DNA of 33,653 bases from an uncultured Prevotella sp. (GTDB lineage: Bacteria; Bacteroidota; Bacteroidia; Bacteroidales; Bacteroidaceae), in contig CAMQBP010000001.1 in NCBI GenBank assembly GCA_946999025.1, forward strand, positions 1-33,653, written 5' to 3'. The position numbers were made by a program, and so were the translations under genes. The notes under the pieces were generated by a model. The model was given only the letters and a program-made list of their open reading frames with translations. It did no database searches and was not told where the DNA came from. Every line of letters begins with the position of its first letter. Positions within the stretch are counted from its first letter, which is position 1. This document shows, piece by piece, positions 1-9,286 of the stretch.

Positions 1-76
1 ATGCCATGCCACCAACTTCAACAGGCGTTGCAACAGAATTTCTCCAGAAGGGTTAGCTCATCTCAGAGCGAGACCA

Positions 77-1561
77 TTACCAGTGTGGATGTCTGCGAAC
101 GTCCTGCGTGCGTTGGTCAGCACTGGAGAGGCAAAGTAAGATGTCGCCTTCTTCCATTGGCAACTGTCCATTGGGAACCAAAACGGTCTTCCCGCGTTTC
201 ACCATCATGACGAGCGTGCCCTGAGGAACATCCATCTGCGAGAGCAAGTTACCGTTTTCAAGCATGGTCTCTGTGAGTGTCACCTCGCGCAACTTCGACC
301 CCAGCTCTTCTGGTATCTCCACCCCAAACTCGTTGCCCGTTTTCTCTTCGGGCATGTCAAGGTTGAGTTTTTTGGCGAAGAGCGAGATGGTGGTACCTTG
401 GATGGTCAGCGACAGCAGCGTGATGAAGAACACAATGTTGAACAAGATGTCAGCACCCTCCACGCCATTGATTAGCGGATAGGTGGCAAAGATAATAGGA
501 ACGGCGCCGCGCAAGCCCACCCAAGAGAGGAAAGCCTTGGCCTTGAAAGGTATGTTGCGATAGGGCAGCAGGCAGAAATATACGCTCAGCGGTCGCGCAA
601 CGAGCATCATGAAAACGGCAATGGCCAGAGCGAACAGGCTCACACCGATGAGTTCAGACGGATTGACCAGCAGACCGAGCGTGAGGAACAACACAATTTG
701 CAGCAGCCAAGTAAGACCTTCCATAAAGGTGGTCATCTCGCGGCGATACGACAGGCGGCAGTTGCCCACCACAAGTCCTGCGATGTACACCGCCAGGTAG
801 CCGTTGCCGTTCAGCAGGTCGGTCAGAGTGAAGGTGATGAACACCATGCTTAGCAGTAAAACAGGATAGAGAGATGGGTTCGGCAGGTTGATACGATTGG
901 CCAGCCACACAGCCAGTCGGCCAGCACCGTAGCCCAATGCGCTGCCCAGCACGAATTGCTCGGCCACATCGAACAACAGGTCAGTGAAAGAAAGTTCGCC
1001 TCCCGACAGAGCCACATTCATCAATGCGATGGTGAGCATGTAGGCCATCGGGTCGTTGCTACCGCTCTCCAGCTCGAGCATTGGCCGCAGCTTGTGCTTC
1101 AGGCCAATGCGTTGTGTGCGCAACAGGCTGAAGACCGATGCCGAATCGGTGGATGACATGGTGGCCGCCAGCAGCATCGACACGATGAGCGACAGCCTGA
1201 TATCCATCCCGGCCCACTGTGAGAGGGCAAAGATAAACCCGCCCGTGAGGACAGTGGTCATGATGACTCCCAGCGTAGAGAGTAGCACACCTGGGCCGAT
1301 AATAGGCTTGATTTCCTTGAACTTGGTGTCCATTCCTCCTGAAAAGAGAATGACGCTCAAGGCTATCATACCAATCATCTGCGTGTCTTTCGGACTGTCG
1401 AATGTTAAGCCGAGTCCTTCTTTGCCAAAGCCCATACCGGTAAAAAGGAACAGCAGCAGGGTGGGGATGCCGAACCGATAGCCTGTCTTGCTGATGAGAA
1501 TGCTGACCAGCACGAGGAACGAGCCAAATAGAAATATGTTTTCTGCCGTAAAGGTAATCAT
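77..1561 (-). CDS. cvrA: Potassium/proton antiporter, CPA1 family (CvrA/NhaP2-like), with C-terminal TrkA-C (RCK_C) domain
   Basis: 494-aa ORF with many hydrophobic helices; motifs ILFSGG, SSTDSASVF, LELESGSNDPMAY, WVGLRGAVPI; C-terminal ...VPNGQLPMEEGDIL TrkA-C-like tail. Confidence 0.88.
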   Translation of the reverse strand: MITFTAENIFLFGSFLVLVSILISKTGYRFGIPTLLLFLFTGMGFGKEGLGLTFDSPKDTQMIGMIALSVILFSGGMDTKFKEIKPIIGPGVLLSTLGVIMTTVLTGGFIFALSQWAGMDIRLSLIVSMLLAATMSSTDSASVFSLLRTQRIGLKHKLRPMLELESGSNDPMAYMLTIALMNVALSGGELSFTDLLFDVAEQFVLGSALGYGAGRLAVWLANRINLPNPSLYPVLLLSMVFITFTLTDLLNGNGYLAVYIAGLVVGNCRLSYRREMTTFMEGLTWLLQIVLFLTLGLLVNPSELIGVSLFALAIAVFMMLVARPLSVYFCLLPYRNIPFKAKAFLSWVGLRGAVPIIFATYPLINGVEGADILFNIVFFITLLSLTIQGTTISLFAKKLNLDMPEEKTGNEFGVEIPEELGSKLREVTLTETMLENGNLLSQMDVPQGTLVMMVKRGKTVLVPNGQLPMEEGDILLCLSSADQRTQDVRRHPHW

Positions 1562-1640
1562 AGCGCGTTAAGCAAATTGTTTAAATGTTTGTCATCTTGT
1601 GAACGACTTCATCATGATGGATGCTTCCGTTCATCATCTG

Positions 1641-1658
1641 CAAACTTACACAAAATTA
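1641..1658 (-). promoter_or_regulatory. Bacteroidota sigma-A -7 element(s) for the antiporter gene
   Basis: Minus strand reads TAAGTTTG (1648-1641) and TAATTTTG (1658-1651), both matching TAnnTTTG, about 80 nt upstream of the ATG at 1561. Confidence 0.55.
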
Positions 1659-1801
1659 TTAAATTCTATCTCTGTTTGAGCAAGAAAAGCATTTCTCTCC
1701 CATACGAATGTCATGAATAACTCATACCATAAAAACATGCCACCATGTGTTGTAAGCTGTTATTTTCTGTACATGACAGCCCGATTGTCATTTTTTTTTC
1801 G

Positions 1802-1809
1802 TATTTTTG
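1802..1809 (+). promoter_or_regulatory. Bacteroidota -7 promoter element for the SLC13 permease
   Basis: TATTTTTG followed by CA, about 70 nt upstream of ATG 1882. Confidence 0.6.
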
Positions 1810-1881
1810 CAAATAGTTATCATGAAATAACTAATTGTTCACGCTATTTTATTTACAACCAGAAATATATTTTATTTTAAT

Positions 1882-3714
1882 ATGATTCTTACACTCATTG
1901 TACTTCTTGTTACAGTCATCATGTTTGTCGTTGGTCGTCTGCGTGCCGATATTGTAGCCTTGTGCGCCCTTTCAGTATTGCTTTTGGCTGGTATTCTAAC
2001 GCCTGAAGAGGCTCTCTCTGGCTTTTCTTCCAAGGTAGTCATCATGATGATTGGCTTGTTTGTGGTGGGCGGTGCCATTCTGCAAACAGGATTAGCCAAG
2101 GCAGCCAGCCAGCGCATCATACGCTTATCCAAGGGCAATGACATCAAACTTTTCTTGTTGGTGATTCTCACTACCTCCTTCATTGGTGCCTTTGTCAGCA
2201 ATACAGGCACCGTGGCACTGATGATGCCCATTGTGGTGAGCATGGCGGCACAGTCGAACACAAGTCCTGGCAAGCTGCTTATGCCACTGGCCTTTGCCAG
2301 TAGTCTGGGCGGTATGCTCACACTTATTGGTACGCCGCCCAACCTTGTTATTCAGGAAGCACTCACCGACGCAGGTTTTGAACCATTGTCGTTCTTCTCA
2401 TTCTTCCCCGTAGGCCTCGTATGTATTACCTTAGGTATCATAGTGCTGTTGCCGCTGAGCCGTATATTCCTTGGCAAGGACAAGAAAGAAGGAAGGCGCA
2501 GGAAGTCCAAGAGCAAGAGCATGGACGAACTGGTGTCCGAATATCAGTTGCAAAGCTATACGGAGGCCTACCGCATTGGCAGCCACTCGCCACTTGTGGG
2601 AAAGACGGTAGCCCAGCTCGACCTGCGCAACAAGCATGGCCTGTCGATTATTGAAATCAGGAAAGAACCAACCAATACCGACCGCATCATGCGGCAGGTT
2701 AAGCAGAATGTACCCAAGCCATCTACCGTGCTGCGCGTTGGTCATCTACTGTACCTTGCGGGCGATACCGACAAGATGAAAGCTTTTGCTGCGGAAAATG
2801 GGTTGGCTAAGCTCGATGACAGTTCGGTTGACTTCTATGACATTGGTATGGCTGAGCTGGTGTTGATGCCCAATTCGCGCATCAATGGCATACGTCTCAA
2901 GGATTCGGGCATTGGCGAACAATACAATATCAATGTAGTGGGAATCCGCCGCCATGGCGATTATATGCTGAAGAACCTTGCCGACCAAAGGCTGTTGGCT
3001 GGTGACGTACTGCTGGTGCAAGGCTTGTGGAGCAACATCGACAAGTTGGACATGGCTGAAAGCGACTGGGTAGTGCTGGGCAGACCTATCGAACAAGCCA
3101 GTAAGGTAACGCTCAACTACAAGGCACCCGTTGCTGCGCTCATCATGCTGCTGATGGTATGTATGATGGTGTTCGACTTTATTCCCGTAGAGCCCGTTAC
3201 TGCTGTCATCGTGGCGGGATTGCTCATGGTGCTCACAGGTTGTTTCCGAAATGTTGAGGCGGCCTACAAAACCATCAAGTGGGAGAGCATCGTACTCATC
3301 GCTGCCATGATGCCCATGTCCATTGCTTTGGAGAAGACGGGTGTTTCGGCTCTTATATCCAGCTCGCTGGTCAATGCCTTGGGTAACATGGGTCCCATGG
3401 TGCTGCTGGCAGGGGTTTATTACACTACCACACTCTTAACCATGTTCATCAGCAACACCGCTACGGCCGTGCTCATGGCACCCATCGCCATGTCGGCGGC
3501 CTCACAGGTAGGAGTAAGCCCTTACGCATTCCTTTTTGCCGTGACGTTGGGTGCCAGCATGTGTTTCGCATCGCCTTTCTCCACGCCACCCAATGCGCTG
3601 GTGATGAAGGCTGGGCAATACCAGTTCATGGACTATATCAAGGTAGGCTTGCCCCTTCAGCTGCTTATCGGTCTGGTGATGACGTTTGTGCTGCCCTTGC
3701 TGTTCCCGTTCTAA
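1882..3714 (+). CDS. SLC13/DASS (CitMHS-like) permease with two central TrkA-C domains
   Basis: 610 aa; AFVSNTGT, GGMLTLIGTPPNL, FISNTATAVL, FASPFSTPPNALV and Y.F.DY.KVG motifs; hydrophilic centre with two SPLVGK/SRINGIRL-type RCK_C repeats. Confidence 0.85.
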   Translation: MILTLIVLLVTVIMFVVGRLRADIVALCALSVLLLAGILTPEEALSGFSSKVVIMMIGLFVVGGAILQTGLAKAASQRIIRLSKGNDIKLFLLVILTTSFIGAFVSNTGTVALMMPIVVSMAAQSNTSPGKLLMPLAFASSLGGMLTLIGTPPNLVIQEALTDAGFEPLSFFSFFPVGLVCITLGIIVLLPLSRIFLGKDKKEGRRRKSKSKSMDELVSEYQLQSYTEAYRIGSHSPLVGKTVAQLDLRNKHGLSIIEIRKEPTNTDRIMRQVKQNVPKPSTVLRVGHLLYLAGDTDKMKAFAAENGLAKLDDSSVDFYDIGMAELVLMPNSRINGIRLKDSGIGEQYNINVVGIRRHGDYMLKNLADQRLLAGDVLLVQGLWSNIDKLDMAESDWVVLGRPIEQASKVTLNYKAPVAALIMLLMVCMMVFDFIPVEPVTAVIVAGLLMVLTGCFRNVEAAYKTIKWESIVLIAAMMPMSIALEKTGVSALISSSLVNALGNMGPMVLLAGVYYTTTLLTMFISNTATAVLMAPIAMSAASQVGVSPYAFLFAVTLGASMCFASPFSTPPNALVMKAGQYQFMDYIKVGLPLQLLIGLVMTFVLPLLFPF

Positions 3715-3767
3715 AGACTCTGCATGCTTTTCATGAGGCATGTTTAACCCTCATAACGCCCAATTTT

Positions 3768-4125
3768 ATTGTTTTGACAACAGCATGGGCAAATGGGTTT
3801 GAAAGGTTGTGTGTGGAAACCACGATGCTCAACAATGATGAATTTTCTTGACAACGAATCTCTTCATATTTGACGTATTTCCCAACAACCTTTTCAGTCG
3901 TTGCAAATACGGCCAGCATGCGAAGGTTTTGTAAGTGGTTTTGATACAATTGGTTACAGATATGATTGTTTCTATGCCACTTTTTTTCATGCATTTTTAA
4001 GCCAATAGCAATGCTTTAAGGGTGCAATTCGCATGCTTTTGCCCTGTTACCCCATATCAGTTGGCCACCAAAAGAGTGTATCTGTGGGTATGAAAGCATT
4101 ACTTTATGGGCAAAAATAGAATTTT
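3768..4125 (+). repeat. Dispersed composite intergenic element, copy A
   Basis: AATTTTCTTGACAA (3841-3854) and GCAAATACGGCCAG (3903-3916) are each identical to 14-mers in copy B with near-identical spacing; CGTATT-N26-AATACG at 3874-3911; 22-bp-period units at 3982-4113. Boundaries approximate. Confidence 0.75.
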
Positions 4126-4501
4126 CTGATCCACCAATCATTCGATTTGCATCCTGCGTGCCTATCATTTTTTTCTAGATGATCAACATTGATGAGCTGT
4201 TTTAGGCCCGTTTTTCGGGTAAAATTTTCAACATTTACTGCGTTCTGATGTGATTCATAATATTTTGCTTTGATGAATTATGATGTTGTATTCAAAATGA
4301 CCATTGATTGTTGTGAGCTTGACTGACAACGAAAAAAATGCAGCATGTGGCTATTGATTTTGCTGACAACCTGGTCGTGCGTCCCTATATTATTCTCTTG
4401 GCTGATTCACAAGAGGCTATGTTTGTTACCGCATAAGCATTGGATCTTGTAGTGAGAACGACTTTTCTTGTAATTTTATATGGATAAATAAGATTGTTTT
4501 G

Positions 4502-4509
4502 TAAATTTG
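4502..4509 (+). promoter_or_regulatory. Bacteroidota -7 promoter element for the nuclease gene
   Basis: TAAATTTG followed by CA, about 30 nt upstream of ATG 4538. Confidence 0.65.
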
Positions 4510-4537
4510 CAAACAATCAAATTCAAATTATTTCTTG

Positions 4538-6088
4538 ATGCTGAAATTGTTTACTCTGCGACATATCCTCTTGTCAACGCTCATGTTAGTAACTGTAACC
4601 TTGTGGGCCCAGGGTCCCAACCACACGGGAACCTATTACGAACGTACCAACGGAAAAACGGGTGCCGCGTTGAAGACAGCCTTTTTTCACGTCATTTCTG
4701 GTACCATTCACGGGTCTTATAATGGGCTTTGGGCGATTTACCATACGTCCGATCGGCGAGCTGACGGCAAACTTTACGACATCTATTCCAACACCACCAA
4801 TTATGTCATTGGCAGTAGTGCGCAAGGACATCCCTCTTCAGGTGAAGGCGATGGCTACAATCGGGAGCACACGGTGCCTAAGAGTTGGTTCTTTAAAGCC
4901 GAGCCGATGGTGTATGATGCTCATCACATCCTTCCCTCGGATGGTTATGTGAACAATCGAAGAAGTAATTTTCCTTATGGCGAAACTAAGGGTGAGAAGT
5001 ATCAGTCGAACAACGGATTCAGCAAACTTGGAAGATGTACGTTGCCAGGTTACGGTGGAACTGTGTTTGAACCCAACGATGAATACAAGGGCGATTTGGC
5101 TCGAATCTATTTCTACATGATTACTTGTTATGAGAGTAGTGTATCAAAATGGTCGAGCGGAAGTGGAGGTACCAACATCTTTTCGGGAAATGCCTACAAG
5201 CCGTTGGTCAAATGGCAGATGGACATGCTGCTGCGTTGGGCGAAGAAAGATCCTGTGAGTGACAAGGAGATTAAGCGCAATGAGGCAGTGGCAAAGGCTC
5301 AAGGCAACAGAAATCCGTTTGTTGACTATCCAGGTTTGGAGGATTATTTCTGGGGCGATTCTGTGAATGTAGCCTTTAGTTATGATCATTACCGCAGCGG
5401 AGGCAGCGTCGTGGTGCCTGATCCTAATCCAGACCCAACGCCCCAACCGGGCGTGGATGGCGTGGTTTTCAATGAGTCGTTTGCATCGGGCAAGGGGATG
5501 TTCACTGTCGACAACAAGCAATTGTCGAATGGCATGACTTACGTTTGGTCTAAATACGCGAACGACAAAGTGCAGTGTATGAAGGCCTCTGCCTATGTCA
5601 AAGGCACAAACAAGGCTGCTGAAAGCTGGTTGGTATCGCCTGTCATCGATCTGACTGCGTATGATAAAGCGCAAATGAGCTTTGAACAGGCCTGCAACTA
5701 TTTAAAGAGTTACAAAAATAGGGGAGGAGAATTCTTGTCTGTGAAGGTTCGAGAGATAGGACAATCAGCTTGGACGAACTTGAATGTTGAGATTCCCGGA
5801 CTTGAAAATTGGACGTTCGCACAGACCAATCCCATCAATTTGAGTGCCTATGCTGGCAAGAAAATACAAGTGGCTTTCGCCTATAAGAGTACCACTTCGT
5901 GTGCGCCGACATGGGAAATCAGGAACTTAAAGATGACAGGAAGTGTGCCTACGGGCATCTCCCGAGTAATTACCGATTGGCAAAAACTGGACCCAGCGGC
6001 ACCGATGTATGATTTGTTTGGGCACCGGGTGCGCAAGAATTACAGAGGAGTGGTGATTCAACATGGCAGAAAACATCTCAAGAAATAA
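4538..6088 (+). CDS. Secreted endonuclease I family (His-Me finger) nuclease with Pro-rich linker, beta-sandwich (DUF5017/adhesin-like) domain and T9SS-type C-terminal tail
   Basis: Signal peptide ending LWA-Q; NREHTVPKSWF, DAHHILPSDGYVNNRRSN, KGDLARIYFYM, QGNRNPFVDYP; linker PDPNPDPTPQP; SWLVSPVIDL; tail TGIS...MYDLFGHRV...GVVIQHGRK. ATG 4538 preferred to TTG 4535. Confidence 0.85.
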   Translation: MLKLFTLRHILLSTLMLVTVTLWAQGPNHTGTYYERTNGKTGAALKTAFFHVISGTIHGSYNGLWAIYHTSDRRADGKLYDIYSNTTNYVIGSSAQGHPSSGEGDGYNREHTVPKSWFFKAEPMVYDAHHILPSDGYVNNRRSNFPYGETKGEKYQSNNGFSKLGRCTLPGYGGTVFEPNDEYKGDLARIYFYMITCYESSVSKWSSGSGGTNIFSGNAYKPLVKWQMDMLLRWAKKDPVSDKEIKRNEAVAKAQGNRNPFVDYPGLEDYFWGDSVNVAFSYDHYRSGGSVVVPDPNPDPTPQPGVDGVVFNESFASGKGMFTVDNKQLSNGMTYVWSKYANDKVQCMKASAYVKGTNKAAESWLVSPVIDLTAYDKAQMSFEQACNYLKSYKNRGGEFLSVKVREIGQSAWTNLNVEIPGLENWTFAQTNPINLSAYAGKKIQVAFAYKSTTSCAPTWEIRNLKMTGSVPTGISRVITDWQKLDPAAPMYDLFGHRVRKNYRGVVIQHGRKHLKK

Positions 6089-6161
6089 CGGAATTTAGTT
6101 GGGACAAATGGCGTGATACTGCTGAAAAAAATGTATCTTAGCAGAAAAATTGGAGGCTGAC

Positions 6162-6668
6162 ATGAGAAATGAGTTCCTTTTATGTAGCGTGTTTGCTCTT
6201 CTGGTGGGATGCTCATCAAGCCGTTTGACGCCACAGCAAAAGGCTGTGAAGTCGGCTTGGACGGCGCAAAAGGTTCACGAAGCCATTGAAAATAAAAAGA
6301 TGGCGGTGGATATCAATTACGTCATTCCTTTCCGTGGGGGTATGAAACATCTGGACTACGGGTATGACATCCGCCTCTCTGGCGACACGCTCTATTCTTA
6401 TCTTCCATACTATGGACGTGCCTACAACATTCCATACGGGGGCGGAAAGGGCTTGGTGTTCGACGCTCCTATTCAGGATTATGCTGTCAGTAAGCCTAAA
6501 AAAGGGTTGACAAAAATGGATATCTATGTAGAAAACGATGAAGATCGATATGCGTATCTGATGGAAATTTTTGATAACGGACAGGTTAACCTGCTGGTAA
6601 GGGCGCAAAAACGTGAACAAATTTTGTTCAGAGGAAAACTTGTTATCAAGGATAAAAATGAACAATAG
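6162..6668 (+). CDS. DUF4251-like lipoprotein
   Basis: ATG 6162; lipobox LVGC; LPYYGRAYNIPYGGG.G..F motif that I associate with DUF4251. Confidence 0.7.
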   Translation: MRNEFLLCSVFALLVGCSSSRLTPQQKAVKSAWTAQKVHEAIENKKMAVDINYVIPFRGGMKHLDYGYDIRLSGDTLYSYLPYYGRAYNIPYGGGKGLVFDAPIQDYAVSKPKKGLTKMDIYVENDEDRYAYLMEIFDNGQVNLLVRAQKREQILFRGKLVIKDKNEQ

Positions 6669-6793
6669 TAGATGCATCGCCCTTCTTATAGCCTGTGTTG
6701 GATGCGCATGTGGTTGTGGAATGGTGCCAGATACCTTGTCCCATGATTTGATATGTCTTTAAGCAATCGTGCCAATCCATAGCTGTTTGATTC

Positions 6794-7639
6794 ATGACCA
6801 ACCCACATTTACATCCTTATCGGCACCATCATCATCGCCATCACCACAACCGTTCACGGTGGAGGAAAAGGCTGAAGGTCATGGCTATTGTGGTGTCTGT
6901 TCTGTTTTTTGTGTTCTGTTCGGTGGTTATCTTTTTCCCAGAGCAGTACAGAAGTTTTCTTTCAGGTCTGCAAACTTCGGTTTGGCAAAGCGGATTGCTG
7001 CCTCATCCACGGAGCAAATATCATTATGACGGTATCGATGTTTCGCATCATCAAGGACTAATTGATTGGCCTTTGGTGGCCAGCGACACATGCATTCAGT
7101 TTGTATACATCAAAGCTACCGAGGGAAGTACGCACGTCGATACACTTTATCAGTACAATATACGAGAGGCTAAGCGTGCGGGATTGTTGGTTGGATCGTA
7201 TCATTTTTTGACCTCTTCCAGTTCTATGCGTTCACAATTCAACAATTTTATGACCCAGGTTGACAGTACATCTCAGCATCTTTTGCCGATGGTTGATGTG
7301 GAATGGTCGGGGGTAAAAGGGTGGAATAAGCGTCAATTGCAGGACAGTTTGGCCGTTTTTCTATGGTTGGTGAAGCAACATTACGGTTCGTATCCGCTAC
7401 TTTATGCCGATAGTCGCTTCTATAACGCACATCTTTCGCCCCGTTTTGACAAGCTACCCCTATTCATTGCCCGTTATAGTGATGAGGCTCCCGTGGTGAA
7501 GGGCGCTCATCGGCACTATATATGGCAACGCGATCAGCATGGATGGGTGAGTGGTATCAATCGTGAAGTGGATTTGAATGCGTTTGCATCCGGCACGACA
7601 ATCACTGATATCCTGCTGCCATTAAAATCGAATGAATAA
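6794..7639 (+). CDS. GH25 muramidase (lysozyme M1-like) with His/Arg-rich N-terminus and membrane anchor
   Basis: GIDVSHHQG.IDW, YIKATEG, GSYHF, DVE catalytic motif and C-terminal VDLN; one hydrophobic segment after RWRKRLK. Confidence 0.88.
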   Translation: MTNPHLHPYRHHHHRHHHNRSRWRKRLKVMAIVVSVLFFVFCSVVIFFPEQYRSFLSGLQTSVWQSGLLPHPRSKYHYDGIDVSHHQGLIDWPLVASDTCIQFVYIKATEGSTHVDTLYQYNIREAKRAGLLVGSYHFLTSSSSMRSQFNNFMTQVDSTSQHLLPMVDVEWSGVKGWNKRQLQDSLAVFLWLVKQHYGSYPLLYADSRFYNAHLSPRFDKLPLFIARYSDEAPVVKGAHRHYIWQRDQHGWVSGINREVDLNAFASGTTITDILLPLKSNE

Positions 7640-7762
7640 TAACTTCTGGCAAGAAAAAGTTGTTCTAAGAGATTCAAATCAGTCTGCCGAAGCCATTCAT
7701 TGTGGTTTATGCTCGAAAGGAAAGGTTGTATTTATCTTGATAATGATACGAGCGGGAAGGAT

Positions 7763-8512
7763 TTATTGCAGCTCCAATTCCACCGGACAGTGGTCGCTTC
7801 CTAAAATCTCTGTATGTATTTTGGCGTCAACGAGGCGTTCTTTGAGCCGTTCTGAAATGAGAAAATAGTCGATACGCCAGCCGGCATTCTTTTCTCTTGC
7901 ACGAAATCTGTACGACCACCACGAGTAGGTTACTTGCTCAGGATAGAGATGGCGAAAGGTATCTACAAAGCCATTGTTAAGCAAAATGGTCATCTTTTCA
8001 CGCTCTTCGTCCGTAAATCCGGCATTGCGGCGATTGGTCTTTGGATTTTTCAGGTCGATTTCTTCATGAGCAACGTTCAGGTCTCCGCAGATAATCACTG
8101 GTTTGATTGCATCCAACTGCATAACGTAAGCTCGGAAATCGTCTTCCCATTGCATGCGATAGTCAAGTCTGCGAAGCTCATCTTGCGAGTTGGGAACATA
8201 GACGGTGATGAGGAAAAAGTCCTCCATCTCCATGGTTATCACCCGTCCTTCGTGGTCGTGTTCGTCTATTCCCAAGCCATACGTCACGTTCAGTGGTTCG
8301 TGTTTGGTGTAGATGGCGGTACCCGAATAGCCTTTCTTGTCGGCATAGTTCCAGTACGATTGATAGCCTTCAAACTGTAAGTCCAATTGGCCTGCCTGCA
8401 TTTTGGTTTCTTGCAAACAAAAAAAGTCAGCGTCCAAATGATGGAATGATGCTTCAAAATCCTTCTTCACACAGGCCCTCAGCCCGTTAACGTTCCATGA
8501 GATAAACTTCAT
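7763..8512 (-). CDS. xth: Exodeoxyribonuclease III / AP endonuclease (ExoA-like)
   Basis: [55 protein letters not shown] 8512 fits the family N-terminus better than 8548. Confidence 0.95.
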   Translation of the reverse strand: MKFISWNVNGLRACVKKDFEASFHHLDADFFCLQETKMQAGQLDLQFEGYQSYWNYADKKGYSGTAIYTKHEPLNVTYGLGIDEHDHEGRVITMEMEDFFLITVYVPNSQDELRRLDYRMQWEDDFRAYVMQLDAIKPVIICGDLNVAHEEIDLKNPKTNRRNAGFTDEEREKMTILLNNGFVDTFRHLYPEQVTYSWWSYRFRAREKNAGWRIDYFLISERLKERLVDAKIHTEILGSDHCPVELELQ

Positions 8513-8671
8513 ATACTTAGCTTGATCGTGAATAATTGCGTTTGGCATTCCTCAAGTTGCCATCTTATGTAAACCTTGAGAAGGCCGAATTGTCGTCCAA
8601 TTGCTTGTTGATGATGAGGAAATAGCGCAATAAAGGAGGACGGATGCCAAACACTATAGGTGATAATGTAA

Positions 8672-9265
8672 TTATATTCTCTTTGATTCCCCACGCAGAA
8701 GATTCATGAACTCCTCACGGGTTTTGGCTTGATTGAAGGCACCACTGAACGCACTGGTGGTGGTGATGGAGTTTTGTTTCTCCACTCCGCGCATCTGCAT
8801 GCACATGTGTTTGGCCTCAATCACTACCATCACTCCCAGGGGTTTGAGTGCACTTTGGATGCAATCTCCGATTTGTTGCGTCAAACGTTCTTGCACTTGC
8901 AGACGGTGACTGTATATGTCTACCACGCGAGCTATTTTGCTTAACCCGGTGATGTACCCGTTGGGGATGTAGGCTACGTGCACTTTTCCGTAAAAAGGCA
9001 GCATGTGGTGTTCGCACATGGAGAAGAAATCAATGTCCTTGACGATGACCATTTGATTGTATTTCTCATCAAACAGCGCATCGAGAAGCACTTGTTTGGC
9101 GTCTTGTGCGTAACCTCTTGTCAGCACTTGCATGGCTTTTGCCACGCGCATGGGTGTCTTCTGCAGGCCATCGCGCTGTGGGTCTTCGCCGAGTATAGAT
9201 AATATTTTTTCGTAATGTGAGGCCAGTTCGTCCAGGCCTTCACGAAATTCAGTCTCTGAATTCAT
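8672..9265 (-). CDS. folE: GTP cyclohydrolase I
   Basis: [45 protein letters not shown]. Confidence 0.97.
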   Translation of the reverse strand: MNSETEFREGLDELASHYEKILSILGEDPQRDGLQKTPMRVAKAMQVLTRGYAQDAKQVLLDALFDEKYNQMVIVKDIDFFSMCEHHMLPFYGKVHVAYIPNGYITGLSKIARVVDIYSHRLQVQERLTQQIGDCIQSALKPLGVMVVIEAKHMCMQMRGVEKQNSITTTSAFSGAFNQAKTREEFMNLLRGESKRI

Positions 9266-9286
9266 GTGTTTCTTCGTTCCTATTGT

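Noticed and set aside
1..210. 69-aa plus-strand ORF at the window start
   Set aside because: Mostly antisense to the antiporter 3' end; no recognisable motifs.
3731..3994. 87-aa ORF inside element copy A, and ORFs 14927..15178, 15076..15321, 15093..15308 and 24875..25123 in copies C and B
   Set aside because: Shared peptides such as ANTRV simply reflect the DNA inverted repeat; starts, stops and lengths are not conserved between copies.
3982..4113. 22-bp arrays as a possible CRISPR or mini-CRISPR
   Set aside because: Repeats are degenerate, variable parts are only about 7 bp, and there are no cas genes in the window.
6794..7639. GH25 gene as a prophage endolysin
   Set aside because: No holin, structural or integrase genes nearby; the flanks are housekeeping.
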